Shown: in pieces, positions 1 through 11,500 of the stretch
Layout: the number at the start of each line of letters is the position of its first letter
How positions within the stretch are numbered: position 1 is the first letter of the stretch
Assembly: GCF_046119375.1 (NCBI RefSeq)
Contig: NW_027362764.1
Coordinates: forward strand, 596,812,001-596,876,000
From: Phyllobates terribilis
Taxonomy: Eukaryota
Direction: 5' to 3'
DNA: 64,000 nt
The notes under the pieces: generated by a model
What the model saw: only the letters and a program-made list of their open reading frames with translations
Told to the model about the DNA's origin: nothing
The model's database searches: none
Made by a program: the position numbers and the translations under genes

Positions 1-3000
1 AGCAGTGTGTGGGACTTGTTCTATTAGTCCATCTATACTGACCTCCATCAGGTTGCAAATTCAATATAATTTTTTTCTGCATCTAGCTCTGGAAAAATAT
101 TTCAGCTTCTAGCAGTGTGTGGGACTTGTTCTATTAGTCCATCTATACTAACCTCCATCAGGTTGCAAATTCAATATAATTTTTTTCTGCATCTAGCTCT
201 GAAAAAATATTACAGCTTGTAGCAGTGTGTGGGACTTGTTCAATTAGTCCATCTATACTGACCTCCATCAGGTTGCAAATTCAATATAATTTTTTTCTGC
301 ATCTAGCTCTGAAAAAATATTTCAGCTTCTAGCAGTGTGTGGGACTTGTTCTATTAGTCCATCTATACTAACCTCCATCAGGTTGCAAATGCAATATAAT
401 TTTTTTCTGCATCTAGCTCTGAAAAAATATTACAGCTTGTAGCAGTGTGTGGGACTTGTTCAATTAGTCCATCTATACTGACCTCCATCAGGTTGCAAAT
501 TCAATATAATTTTTTTCTGCATCTAGCTCTGAAAAAATATTTCAGCTTCTAGCAGTGTGTGGGACTTGTTCTATTAGTCCGTCTATACTAACCTCCATCA
601 GGTTGCAAATTCAATATAATTTTTTTCTGCATCTAGCTCTGAAAAAATATTTCAGCTTGTAGCAGTGTGTGGCACTTGTTCTATCAGTCCATCTATACTG
701 ACCTCCATCAGGTTGCAAATTCAATATAATTTTTTTCCGCATCTAGCTCTGAAAAAATATTTCGGCTTCTAGCAGTGTGTGAGACTTGCTCTATTAATAT
801 GTCTATACTAACCTCCATCAGGTTGCAAATTCAATATAATTTTTTTCTGCATGTAGCTTTGAAAAAATATTTCAGCTTCTAGCAGTGTGTGGGACTTGTT
901 CTTTAAGTCCATCTATACTAACCTCCATCAGGTTGCAAATTCAATATCATTTTTTTCTGCATGTAGCTTTGAAAAAATATTTCAGCTTCTAGCAGTGTGT
1001 GGGACTTGTTCTATAAGTCCATCTATACTAACCTCCATCAGGTTGAAAATTCAATATCATTTTTTTCTGCATGTAGCTTTGAAAAAATATTTCAGCTTCT
1101 AGCAGTGTGTGGGACTTGTTCTATAAGTCCATCTATACTAACCTCCATCAGGTTGCAAATTGAATATATTTTTTTTCTGCATCTAGCTCTGAAACAATAT
1201 TTCAGCTTCTAGCAGTGTGTGGGACTTGTTCTATTAGTCCATCTATACTGACCTCCATTAGGTTGCAAATACAATATAATTTTTTTCTGCATCTAGCTCT
1301 AAAAAAATATTTAGGCTACTAGCAGTGTGTGGGACTTGTTCTATCAGTCCATCTATACTAAACTCCATCAGGTTGCAAATTCAATATAATTTTTTTCTTC
1401 ATGTAGTTTTGAAAATTTATTTCAGCTTGTAGCAGTGTGTGGGACTTGTTCTATTAGTCCATCTATACTGACCTCCATCAGGTTGCAAATTCAATATAAT
1501 TTTTTTCTGCATCTAGCTCTGAAAAAATATTTAGGCTTCTAGCAGTTTGTGGGACTTGTTCTATTAGTCCATCTATACTAACCTCCATCAAGTTGCAAAT
1601 TCAATATAATTTTTTTCTGCATGTAGCTTTGAAAAATATTTCAGCTTCTAGCAGTGTGTGGGACTTGTTCTATAAGTCCATCTATACTAACCTCCATCAG
1701 GTTGCAAATTCAATATATTTTTTTTCCGCATCTAGCTCTGAAACAATATTTCAGCTTCTAGCAGTGTGTGGGACTTGTTCTATTAGTCCATCTATACTGA
1801 CCTCCACTAGGTTGCAAATTCAATATAATTTTTTTCTGCATCTAGCTCTGAAAAAATATTTCAGCCTCTAGCAGTGTGTGGGACTTGTTCTATTAGTCCA
1901 TCTATACTGACCTCCATCAGGTTGCAAATTCAATATAATTTTTTTCTGCATCTAGCTCTGAAAAAATATTTCAGCTTGTAGCAGTGTGTTTGACTTGTTC
2001 TATAAGTCCATCTATACTAACCTCCATCAGGTTGCAAATTCAATATATTTTTTTTCTGCATCTAGCTCTGAAACAATATTACAGCTTGTAGCAGTGTGTG
2101 GGACTTGTTCTATTAGTCCATCTATACTGACCCCCATCAGGTTGCAAATTCAATATATTTTTTTTCTACATCTAGCTCTGAAAAAATATTTCAGCTTCTA
2201 GCAGTGTGTGGGACTTGTTCTATTAGTTCATCTATACTGACCTCCATTAGGTTGCAAATTCAATATAATTTTTTTCTGCATCTAGCTCTAAAAAAATATT
2301 TAGGCTACTAGCAGTGTGTGGGACTTGTTCTATCAGTCCATCTATACTAAACTCCATCAGGTTGCAAATTCAATATAATTTTTTTCTTCATGTAGTTTTG
2401 AAAATTTATTTCAGCTTGTAGCAGTGTGTGGGGCTTGTTCTATTAGTCCATCTATACTGACCTCCATCAGGTTGCAAATTCAATATCATTTTTTTCTGCA
2501 TCTAGCTCTGAAAAAATATTTAGGCTTCTAGCAGTTTTTGGGACTTGTTCTATTAGTCCATCTATACTAACCTCCATCAGGTTGCAAATTCAATATAATT
2601 TTTTTCTTCATGTAGTTTTGAAAATTTATTTCAGCTTGTAGCAGTGTGTGGGACTTGTTCTATTAGTCCATCTATACTGACCTCCATCAGGTTGCAAATT
2701 CAATATAATTTTTTTCTGCATCTAGCTCTGAAAAAATATTTAGGCTTCTAGCAGTTTGTGGGACTTGTTCTATTAGTCCATCTATACTAACCTCCATCAA
2801 GTTGCAAATTCAATATAATTTTTTTCTGCATGTAGCTTTGAAAAATATTTCAGCTTCTAGCAGTGTGTGGGACTTGTTCTATAAGTCCATCTATACTAAC
2901 CTCCATCAGGTTGCAAATTCAATATATTTTTTTTCCGCATCTAGCTCTGAAACAATATTTCAGCTTCTAGCAGTGTGTGGGACTTGTTCTATTAGTCCAT

Positions 3001-4075
3001 CTATACTGACCTCCACTAGGTTGCAAATTCAATATAATTTTTTTCTGCATCTAGCTCTGAAAAAATATTTCAGCCTCTAGCAGTGTGTGGGACTTGTTCT
3101 ATTAGTCCATCTATACTGACCTCCATCAGGTTGCAAATTCAATATAATTTTTTTCTGCATCTAGCTCTGAAAAAATATTTCAGCTTGTAGCAGTGTGTTT
3201 GACTTGTTCTATAAGTCCATCTATACTAACCTCCATCAGGTTGCAAATTCAATATATTTTTTTTCTGCATCTAGCTCTGAAACAATATTACAGCTTGTAG
3301 CAGTGTGTGGGACTTGTTCTATTAGTCCATCTATACTGACCCCCATCAGGTTGCAAATTCAATATATTTTTTTTCTACATCTAGCTCTGAAAAAATATTT
3401 CAGCTTCTAGCAGTGTGTGGGACTTGTTCTATTAGTTCATCTATACTGACCTCCATTAGGTTGCAAATTCAATATAATTTTTTTCTGCATCTAGCTCTAA
3501 AAAAATATTTAGGCTACTAGCAGTGTGTGGGACTTGTTCTATCAGTCCATCTATACTAAACTCCATCAGGTTGCAAATTCAATATAATTTTTTTCTTCAT
3601 GTAGTTTTGAAAATTTATTTCAGCTTGTAGCAGTGTGTGGGGCTTGTTCTATTAGTCCATCTATACTGACCTCCATCAGGTTGCAAATTCAATATCATTT
3701 TTTTCTGCATCTAGCTCTGAAAAAATATTTAGGCTTCTAGCAGTTTTTGGGACTTGTTCTATTAGTCCATCTATACTAACCTCCATCAGGTTGCAAATTC
3801 AATATAATTTTTTTCTGCATGTAGCTTTGAAAAAATATTTCAGCTTGTAGCAGTGTGTGGGACTTGTTCTATTAGTCCATCTATACTGACCTCCATCAGG
3901 TTGCAAATTCAATATAATTTTTTTCTGCATCTATCGCTGAAAGAATATTTCTGCTTCTAGCAGTGTGTGGGACTTGTTCTTTTAGTCCATCTATACTGAC
4001 CTCCATCAGGTTGCAAATTCAATATAATTTTTATCTGCATCTAACCCAGCTAATACTTTTGGCCTAATACCACAG
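1..4075. repeat. 110-bp tandem satellite (~37 monomers, runs off left edge) with an exact 1,209-bp (11-mer) higher-order duplication
   Basis: AGCAGTGTGTGGGACTTGTTCTA recurs at 1, 111, 221 and onward. Variant pattern ~1370-2590 is repeated at ~2580-3800; ORF-track entries 1593/2802 and 1986/3195 are identical at offset 1209. Confidence 0.97.
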
Positions 4076-4159
4076 TTTGGCCACTCAGCTCTGCTCAGTT
4101 CCAATCCATTGTATTTTTGTGCAAACAACTGCAGAGTTGTGAATTAGTTAACCACCAAA

Positions 4160-7100
4160 ATGAGTGGAAAAAGGCCTGCTGCTGGTGGAAAGGGGAATAG
4201 GCGTGTTGTGAAGGGGAAAAAATGTTGTGTCCATGGGGTAGGTGCTAAAGCAACAGTAACATCTGCAGAAGATAGACCATCTTCCAGACAATCTAAAATG
4301 TCTACTTCTTTTAGCGGACAATGTGATAAGATCCCTTTCATAGAGCCATGCCAATCGCTACAAATTCCAGATGAGGCACAAAAACAGCAGGTGCTTCAAC
4401 GGATATCAAGTGCTCCTTTAAGTGGGCTCTCCTCCACCTCAACTTTAACATCACAAATACTCCAGTCCACAGAGGTGTCACCCCAATCGCACTTGCTTCC
4501 TCACAGCTCCCAAGTCTCCAGCTGCCTGTCTGACTATGGGGTAGAACTGATGGTTGAGTCTGCAGAGCTGTTTACTCATACTATAGCCTGGGAATCAGAG
4601 GTCGGCTCCAGAGCTTCTGTGAATCCAGATGAGGAAATGATCTGTACTGATGCCCAGAATCTTTATGAGTCGGATCCAGGACCAGACGCAGAAGGTTGTG
4701 ACCCTAATGTAGACCCTCATTCTCAAACTGTAACTCCTGTTGGTGGAGACAATGAGGAAGACGATGATGAGACTCAAATACCTGATTGGAGCGACAACTT
4801 TAGTTTTTTGTCAGGGCAGGAATAGGTTGGCTCTGAGGACGACAGGTGTGATGATGATGAGGTTGGAGATCCCACTTACTGTCAACCCACAGTCAGCCAA
4901 GAGATGAGGTCAGCAGAGGAGGTGGAGGAGGATGCTAGTGACGACGAGGTCAGGCTGCACCTTCCTGAACAGAGACAAGGTACTGGAAGCACGTCAACAA
5001 CTGCATCCTCAAACACAACTCTGCCTCTGACCACAAGTCGTAGTGGCTCTTCAGGTCGAATGGGTGCTAAGCCTTGCATAGCCTGGGCATTTTTTCAGAT
5101 CGATAAAGATGACCCAACTCGTGTTATCTGTAACATTTGTCAGCAAAAGCTAAGTAGAGGCCAAAAAATACATAGTTTGAGTACTTCATGCATGAACCGG
5201 CACATGGACATGAAGCATAAGTTGCAGTGGTAAGCTCACTGTGCTACAATGCGGCCTAGCTGGCAGGGCCAACCACCGTCTGCCACATCTTGTGCATCCG
5301 CGGCCTCTTCATCCTCTGTGACAGGTGGGACAGCAGTCACACCTGTTTTGGGACGCAGACCTGCCACCTCTTTACCCGCAACAGCCAGCGTGATTGGCAG
5401 GTCATCATTTTCTTTGGAGGTGGTAACATCAGCTGGTGTTCAGCGCAGTCCGACATCGATAGCACCACCTTTGGATCAAGGCAACCTAACATGTCCGCCT
5501 GTATCTTCCTCACAGACCTGCAGTTTGCCGGGGACACCCTTCTCAACCACGTCTAAGCACAACAGCCAGCCCTCGGTCCCTCAGATGTGGACAAGTAAAA
5601 GACCATTTCCTCCTAGCCATGAGAAATCTAAGAGGTTGAATCTCACCATCTGCAAGCTCTTGGCTACAGAAATGCTGCCTTTCCACCAGGTGGATACAGA
5701 GGATTTTCGAGACCTTATGTCCGTCGCAGTGCCCCAGTACCAGATGCCCAGTCGGCACTACTTCTCAAAGAAAGGTGTGCTTGCGCTCCACCAGCATGTC
5801 GCACACAACATGACCGCTTCTTTGAGTAACTCTGTGTTTGACAGGGTGCATTTCACCACAGACACTTGGACGAGTAGGCATGGACAGGGGCGTTACATGT
5901 CGCTTACTGGGCACTGGATAACTATGGTGACAGCAGGACAAGGGGCTGCTGTCCAAGTCTTGCCGTCCCCACGAGTTGTGCGTCAATCCTCTTTATCTCA
6001 AAGATCCTCCACTGCTTCTGCCTCCTCAACCTCCTCTCGGTCCTCCACCTGCACCCAAAGCCTGTCTGGTCATGACACAAGCTTTCTAACTGCGCAGAAG
6101 GGATCCTGCACACCTCCTTACTATGCTGGCAGCGGGGCTCAACGTCATCAGGCGGTTTTTATTTTGAAATGTCTGGGAAATGTGAGTCACACAGCTGAGG
6201 AGTTGTGGTCAGCTCTGGAGAACAAGTTTCATGAATGGTTGTCTCCACTGGACCTGAAACCAGGGAAGGCCGTGTGCGACAATGCTGCAAACCTGGGTGC
6301 GGCCCTTCGCCGGGGCAATGTCACACACGTGCCTTGTATGGCTCACGTGTTGAACCTGGTTGTCCAGCAATTTTTTTCCCACTATACCGGACTAGATGGC
6401 CTTCTGCAGAGGGCACGGTCGCTGTGTGCTCACTTCCGCCTTTCGCATCCCGCAGCTCAGTGACTTACATCTCTACAGATTTCGTTGGACCTGCCACTTC
6501 ACCGGCTAAAATGCAACGTGCCTACCCGGTGGAATTCAACTCTGCACATGTTGCAGCGACTGTGGCAGCACCGACAAGCCCTGGTGCAATACGTTCTGAC
6601 GTATAACCTGGGCCAACGAGATCCAGAGGTGGGGCAAATCACGCTGGAGGAGTGGTCTCAGATCAGGGACCTATGCACCCTTCTGCACAATTTTGAAATG
6701 GCAACGAAGATGTTTAGTGCTGACGATGCCATTATCAGCATGACTTTTCCGGTGATTTACATGCTGGAGCACATGTTAAACAAAATTCGGAGTCAAGTGG
6801 TGGCACAAGAGGAGGTGGAGGAAGTAGAGGAGGAGTTGTATGCGGAAGGGCTAACATCTGCAAGGTCCAGACGGTCGGCAGCACCAAGGCGGCAGGCTTG
6901 TGAGAGTGGGGGAGGTGGTTTTACCAGGGCGCATGGTAGCAGCCAAACTAGTGAGGAGGGTGCAGGAGCCCAGGAAGAAGTGGAGGACGAACTGATGGAA
7001 GACTCATCAGATGAGGGAGACCTTGATCACATTTCTGTTGTGCGAGGTTGGAGGGAGAGGACAGAGGAAGGAAGCATGATTGTTACCTCGCCACCAACAC

Positions 7101-7843
7101 AACAGGGACTTGGTGCTCCTGGATACGCAAGACACATGAGTGCCTTCTTGATGCACTACCTGCAACATAACCCTCGAATTGTGAGAATTAGAAATAATCC
7201 TGACTACTGGGTTGCCACACTGTTAGATCCCCGTTACAAAAGTAAATTTGCAGAAATTATTCCTGCCATAGAAGGAGATGCACGCATGCAGGAGTATCAG
7301 CAGAGACTGTTGCAGAATCTTACATGTGCTTTTCCACAAAACACCAGTGGTGCACGTAGTGAATCTCACATTTCCAACTTGCCAACCATGGGACCGTGGA
7401 GTGTTCAGCACTCAAACCGTAACAGAAACACAGTATCGGCTGGTAACATCAATTTTGCGGAATCATTTCACCACTTTTTTAGCCCATCCTTTGCAAGGCC
7501 ACCGGAGACAAGAAGTCTGACACATAGTCAACGCCTAGAGACGATGGTACAGGAGTATCTCCAAGTAAACATTGAAGCCATGTCGGTGTCACTAGACCCT
7601 TGCTCTTCTTGGGCTTCCAATCTGGATAAATGGCCGGAGCTCGCCACTTACGCCTTGGAGATCTTGACATGCCCCGCAGCCAGCGTTCTGTCTGAATGTG
7701 CATTCAGCGCTGCTGGTGGTGTGCTGACAGATAAGCGCAAGCGGCTCTCCACTGATAATGTAGACAGACTCACGTTCATAAAGATGAACAAATCATGGAT
7801 CCGAAACAACTTTTCTACCCCTGTGTCATCCTGGGGAGAGTAA
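4160..7843 (+). pseudogene. hAT (ZBED-like) transposase, ~1,227 codons in one frame, 3 premature stops, no frameshift
   Basis: ORFs 4160, 4904, 5249 and 6485 share a frame and are separated only by TAG 4823, TAA 5231 and TGA 6461. BED finger (CNIC...HMDMKH), catalytic TTDTW and CDNAAN, CxxH (CMAH), PTRWNST, and a C-terminal dimerisation domain (WPELA..ALEILTCPAASVLSECAFS). Confidence 0.93.
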
Positions 7844-7879
7844 AAGCTTGATGATTTGTTAAAATCACCTCACCAACCA

Positions 7880-8160
7880 TTTTAAGCTTTAAAATTACTA
7901 ATCATGTTTATCTGTATCTTGGCTGGAAAATAATTTGGGCTTTGTAGCAATTTGCAGTACTGATTCTATTAGGCCATCTATACTAAGCTCCACCAGATTT
8001 AAAATTACTAATCATGTTTATCTGTATCTTGGCTGGAAAATAATTTGGGCTTTGTAGCAGTGTGCAGTACTGATTCTATTAGGCCATCTATACTAAGCTC
8101 CACCAGCTTTCAAATTAATAATAATTTTTAGCTGCATCTAGCCCGGAAAATAATTTTGGG
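7880..8160. repeat. Diverged copies of the same 110-bp monomer downstream of the transposase (further relic at ~11545-11615)
   Basis: AAAATTACTA at 7891 and 8001, CAAATTAATA at 8111 (period 110). TTCTATTAGGCCATCTATACTAAGCTCCACCAG aligns with TTCTATTAGTCCATCTATACTGACCTCCATCAG of the left array. Confidence 0.85.
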
Positions 8161-8164
8161 TCTC

Positions 8165-8278
8165 CTTGATGCGCAAGACACATGAGTGCCTTCTTGCTGC
8201 ACTACCTGCAACATGACCCTCAGATTGTCAGAATTCGAAGTAATCCTGACTACTGGGTTGCCACACTATTAGATCCCC
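8165..8278 (+). pseudogene. Duplicated hAT transposase fragment (continues at ~9650-9720 after the Tc1 insertion)
   Basis: 8165-8278 matches ~7125-7232; 9650-9720 matches ~7321-7390. Confidence 0.85.
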
Positions 8279-8280
8279 CA

Positions 8281-9649
8281 CACTCTTCGATCAACCTTTT
8301 CATTTTAATAAAGAACAAAAAATGGTCATTTTTGAAATTATAAGCATTAGCAGGTTATTAGAAACTGAAATCAAATTGTTTTCAACTCAAAACTTTATTC
8401 TAGTTGATGTTACATTTGCACATAGGACCCCTTGTTCGAAACGAGCTTCTGAACTGTCTCGTCCATTGAATTTGTCAGGTTTTGGATGGTTTCTGCTTCA
8501 ATTGTTTTGCATGAGGACAGAATACCCTCCCAGAGCTGTTGCTTAGATGTGAACTGCCTCCCGCCATCATAGACACTCCTTTTGATGATGCTCCAGAGGT
8601 TCTGAATGGGGTTGAGGTCAGGGGAGCATGGGGGTCACACCATAAGTTTGTTCCATTTTATACCCATATCAGCCAGAGATGCAGATGTGTTATGTGCAGC
8701 TTGAGACGGTGCATTATCATGCATGAAAATGATCTTGCTGTGGAATACACGGTTCTTCTTCTTGAACCATGGCAGGAAGTGCTGCTTGAGAAACTCCACA
8801 TACATTATGGAGTTCATCTTTACCCCTTCAGGGATCCTAAAGAGCCCGAAAATCTCTCTCCCCATGATTCCAGCCCAAAACATTACTCCACCTCCTCCTT
8901 GTTGGCGCTGTAGCCGTGTTTGCGTGGCGTGTCCATCAACCAGCCATCCTCCACTCCATCCATCTGGACCATCGAGCATTGCACGGCACTCATCGTTGAA
9001 CAAAACAGTTTTGAAGTCAGTCTTCATGTATTGTTTGGCCCACTGGAGCCGTTTCTGCTTGTGTGCAGTGGATAGAGGAGGTCGACAGGATGGCTTACGC
9101 ACAGCTGCAAACCTCTGAAGGACTCTGCATCTTGTTGTTCGGGGGACGTTGGAGGCACCAGCAGCTTGAAAAACTTGTCTGCTGCTATGACAAGGCTTTT
9201 TTGCCGCTGCTCTTTTAACCTGATGTAATTGCCTGTAGGAAAGAGTCCTCAATTTTCCCTTATCAGCAGGCACACGTGTGTACTGTGAATCAGATACATA
9301 CTTCTTGATTGTGCGATGATCAGGATGAAGTGTCTTGGCAATGTTGATTGTAGTCATGTCTTGACCTAAACACTCCACAATTTGTTGCTTCTCAGCAGCC
9401 GACACATCCTTTTTTTTCCCATTTTGGCAGAAAATGTAGGCTGCTTAATAATGTGGGACAGCCTGCTTAAGTAGTTTTGCCTTTTATTGGACACACCTGC
9501 CTAACTAAATAGCACAGGTGTCTGCAATTGCTTACAGTGATATAAAGAGCCCTGACACACATCACCATCAATGAGTTTAACTGACAAACAAACAAATTCT
9601 TCCCTTATCACTCCTAAACACTTTTTGCATAATAATTTGGAACACAGTG
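8281..9649 (-). mobile_element. Tc1/mariner element with DD37E-type (TRT-like) transposase, inactivated, one end truncated
   Basis: ORF 8635-9405: HTH, DECRAMLDGPDGW, GGGGVMFW, HDNAPS. Reads on past TGA as PPCSPDLNPIQNLW, giving 37 residues between D and the (E>Q) position. Terminus AATAATTTGGAACACAGTG followed by TA at 9650. Confidence 0.85.
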
Positions 9650-9724
9650 TACATGTGCTTTTCCAAAAAACACCAGTGGTTCACGTAGTGAATCTTACAG
9701 TTCTAACTTGCCAACCGTGGTCTG

Positions 9725-11500
9725 TATGGAGTTGTTCAATAAAGGGCCCAAAATTAAGATAACATAGACGGGAGAGGTCTCTATGAATATGAATTCCTAA
9801 GTATTTGATTCCCTGTGAGGGCCAGGCAAAGGGAAAGTTGGACTGGATGCATTCCTGTAGGGATTTGGGGAGGGAGACATTGAGGGCCTCAGACTACGCT
9901 GCATTGATTTTTAAATTTGTCCATGTAACAAAGTGATCTATTTCAGCCATAATAGCAGGGATGGATATATGTGATTGAGTGATATATACTAGGACATCAT
10001 CAGCAAATGCAGAGCACTTGTACTCGGTGCCTCCCACCTCAATCCACCTAATATTGGGGTTATGGCGAATTGATGAGAGCAGGTGCTCCGTCACTAGGAT
10101 GTATAAGAGAGGGGACAGAGGACATACCTGCCTTGTCCCATTGGTGATTATGAAAAGTGATGAAAATGTTCTGACGCGCCCCCTTGGCCTTGGGACACCC
10201 GAAGCCGGACCCTTTTTGGTGGATGCTGGGGGTTGTAGTCTCCGTGGCAACGACCCGGTTCCGTGGTTCAGGGCGGTCAAACCAGTGGCGGAACTATTTA
10301 TGTGGTTTTGATGTTTAAATGTCCCACTACGCCACCCGTGGATTGCGGTCAGAGTGAACCGCCGCTGCATGGCAGAACCCTGAGGCTGGTGTTGTGGGTG
10401 CAGCAGAGCGTAGTATAACTCCCCACGGGAGGAGTATAGCCTCAGGGCAGTGTATGCGGAGGAAGGGGGTGATGGTGCAGGGCAGCAGCAGTAACGACAC
10501 GGAGTCAGTGATGCAGTTCAGGGCCTTTACTCACAGTTCTTATTATCCAGACCACGTCTGCAGGTAACGACTGCCCACGTCGTACTGTGCTCACCAGGTG
10601 ACGGGCTCAGACAACTCCCAGATAACTTTGGAGCACTTCACAGGACCCCCTTTGTGTGTCCTTTGTCTGGCCTTTCTTACCAATGCTTCTGTCCGGCTGC
10701 CTCGGGCCTCCTCTTGGTAAACTTGGCGCCAGTTTCCCTGACCCTATGTGGTGCCATCCTAGCGGGTGTAGCGAGGGCCTGCGCCACATAAAATGTCACA
10801 GCCTCCAGTTTCTAGCTGAGGGTCGTTTCCCGCCTCCACTAGTTTCGGGGACCGGTCTCCCCCTTTGGCCTGAGCCCTCCACGCAGGTGGATTCGGGCGT
10901 GCGGTGGAGACTCGCCCGTCCGCACCCCTGGGATCCCTTCGTTCCTCGTTCCTGGAGCCTTCTCCGCTCCTCTTCCTTCCTTCTCCCTCTTCCAGGCCTG
11001 GGCCTCTGTTACTAGGCCCGCTTCCGGAGCAGAGCTCATGCAGAGCCCCTGCTCCCTGTCACTTCTGCTCAGACTTCTCTGCACTGAACAAAGATGGTGC
11101 CCACCTTTTATACCCCCTTCTCAGTGCACCCAGGAACTGCTTCCTCCCTGCTCATGCAATACAGGGTTCCCCTTCCTCGGTGTTCCCTCCCCCCACTCCA
11201 GCCAGGGACAGGGACTGTCGTGCCCATCTCAGGGGCATATAGGTCACCCTTCCCCAAGGCAATGTGGTGTAATGCATGCAGGTGTCGGGGTCCTGATCCA
11301 CACTCCATCCTTACCTGAGAGTGAGATATCACACCTCTGGGTTAGGTGCAATACCTCTGTAGCAACCGAGCCCTCGGGGTGCTACAGTTCCATTTATCTT
11401 CAGCCTAGGTGACGTATTGCGATACAGGGCCGTGATTTTGGCTATAAAAGGGTCCCCTAGACCCCTACCCCACGCTTTTTATGAGAATAATATATGGCGT
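9725..11500 (-). mobile_element. L1-clade LINE ORF2 (RT) fragment, split by a solo LTR
   Basis: Removing 10172-11386 and one TSD gives GDPFIAKITALYRNTSPRLKINGTFSSLFIITNGTRQVCPLSPLL...FADD...FPFAWPSQGIKYLGI. Confidence 0.85.
10172..11386. mobile_element. Solo LTR (Ty3/gypsy-type), 1,215 bp
   Basis: TG...CA ends; 4-bp TSD GTTC at 10168-10171 and 11387-11390; end similar to the LTR at 31009-32297. Confidence 0.88.

Noticed and set aside
1-4075. CRISPR-like regular repeats, and ORFs 887-3410 as proteins
   Set aside because: There are no unique spacers and the whole 110-bp unit repeats. The ORFs are frame-shifting readings of the satellite. The context is eukaryotic.
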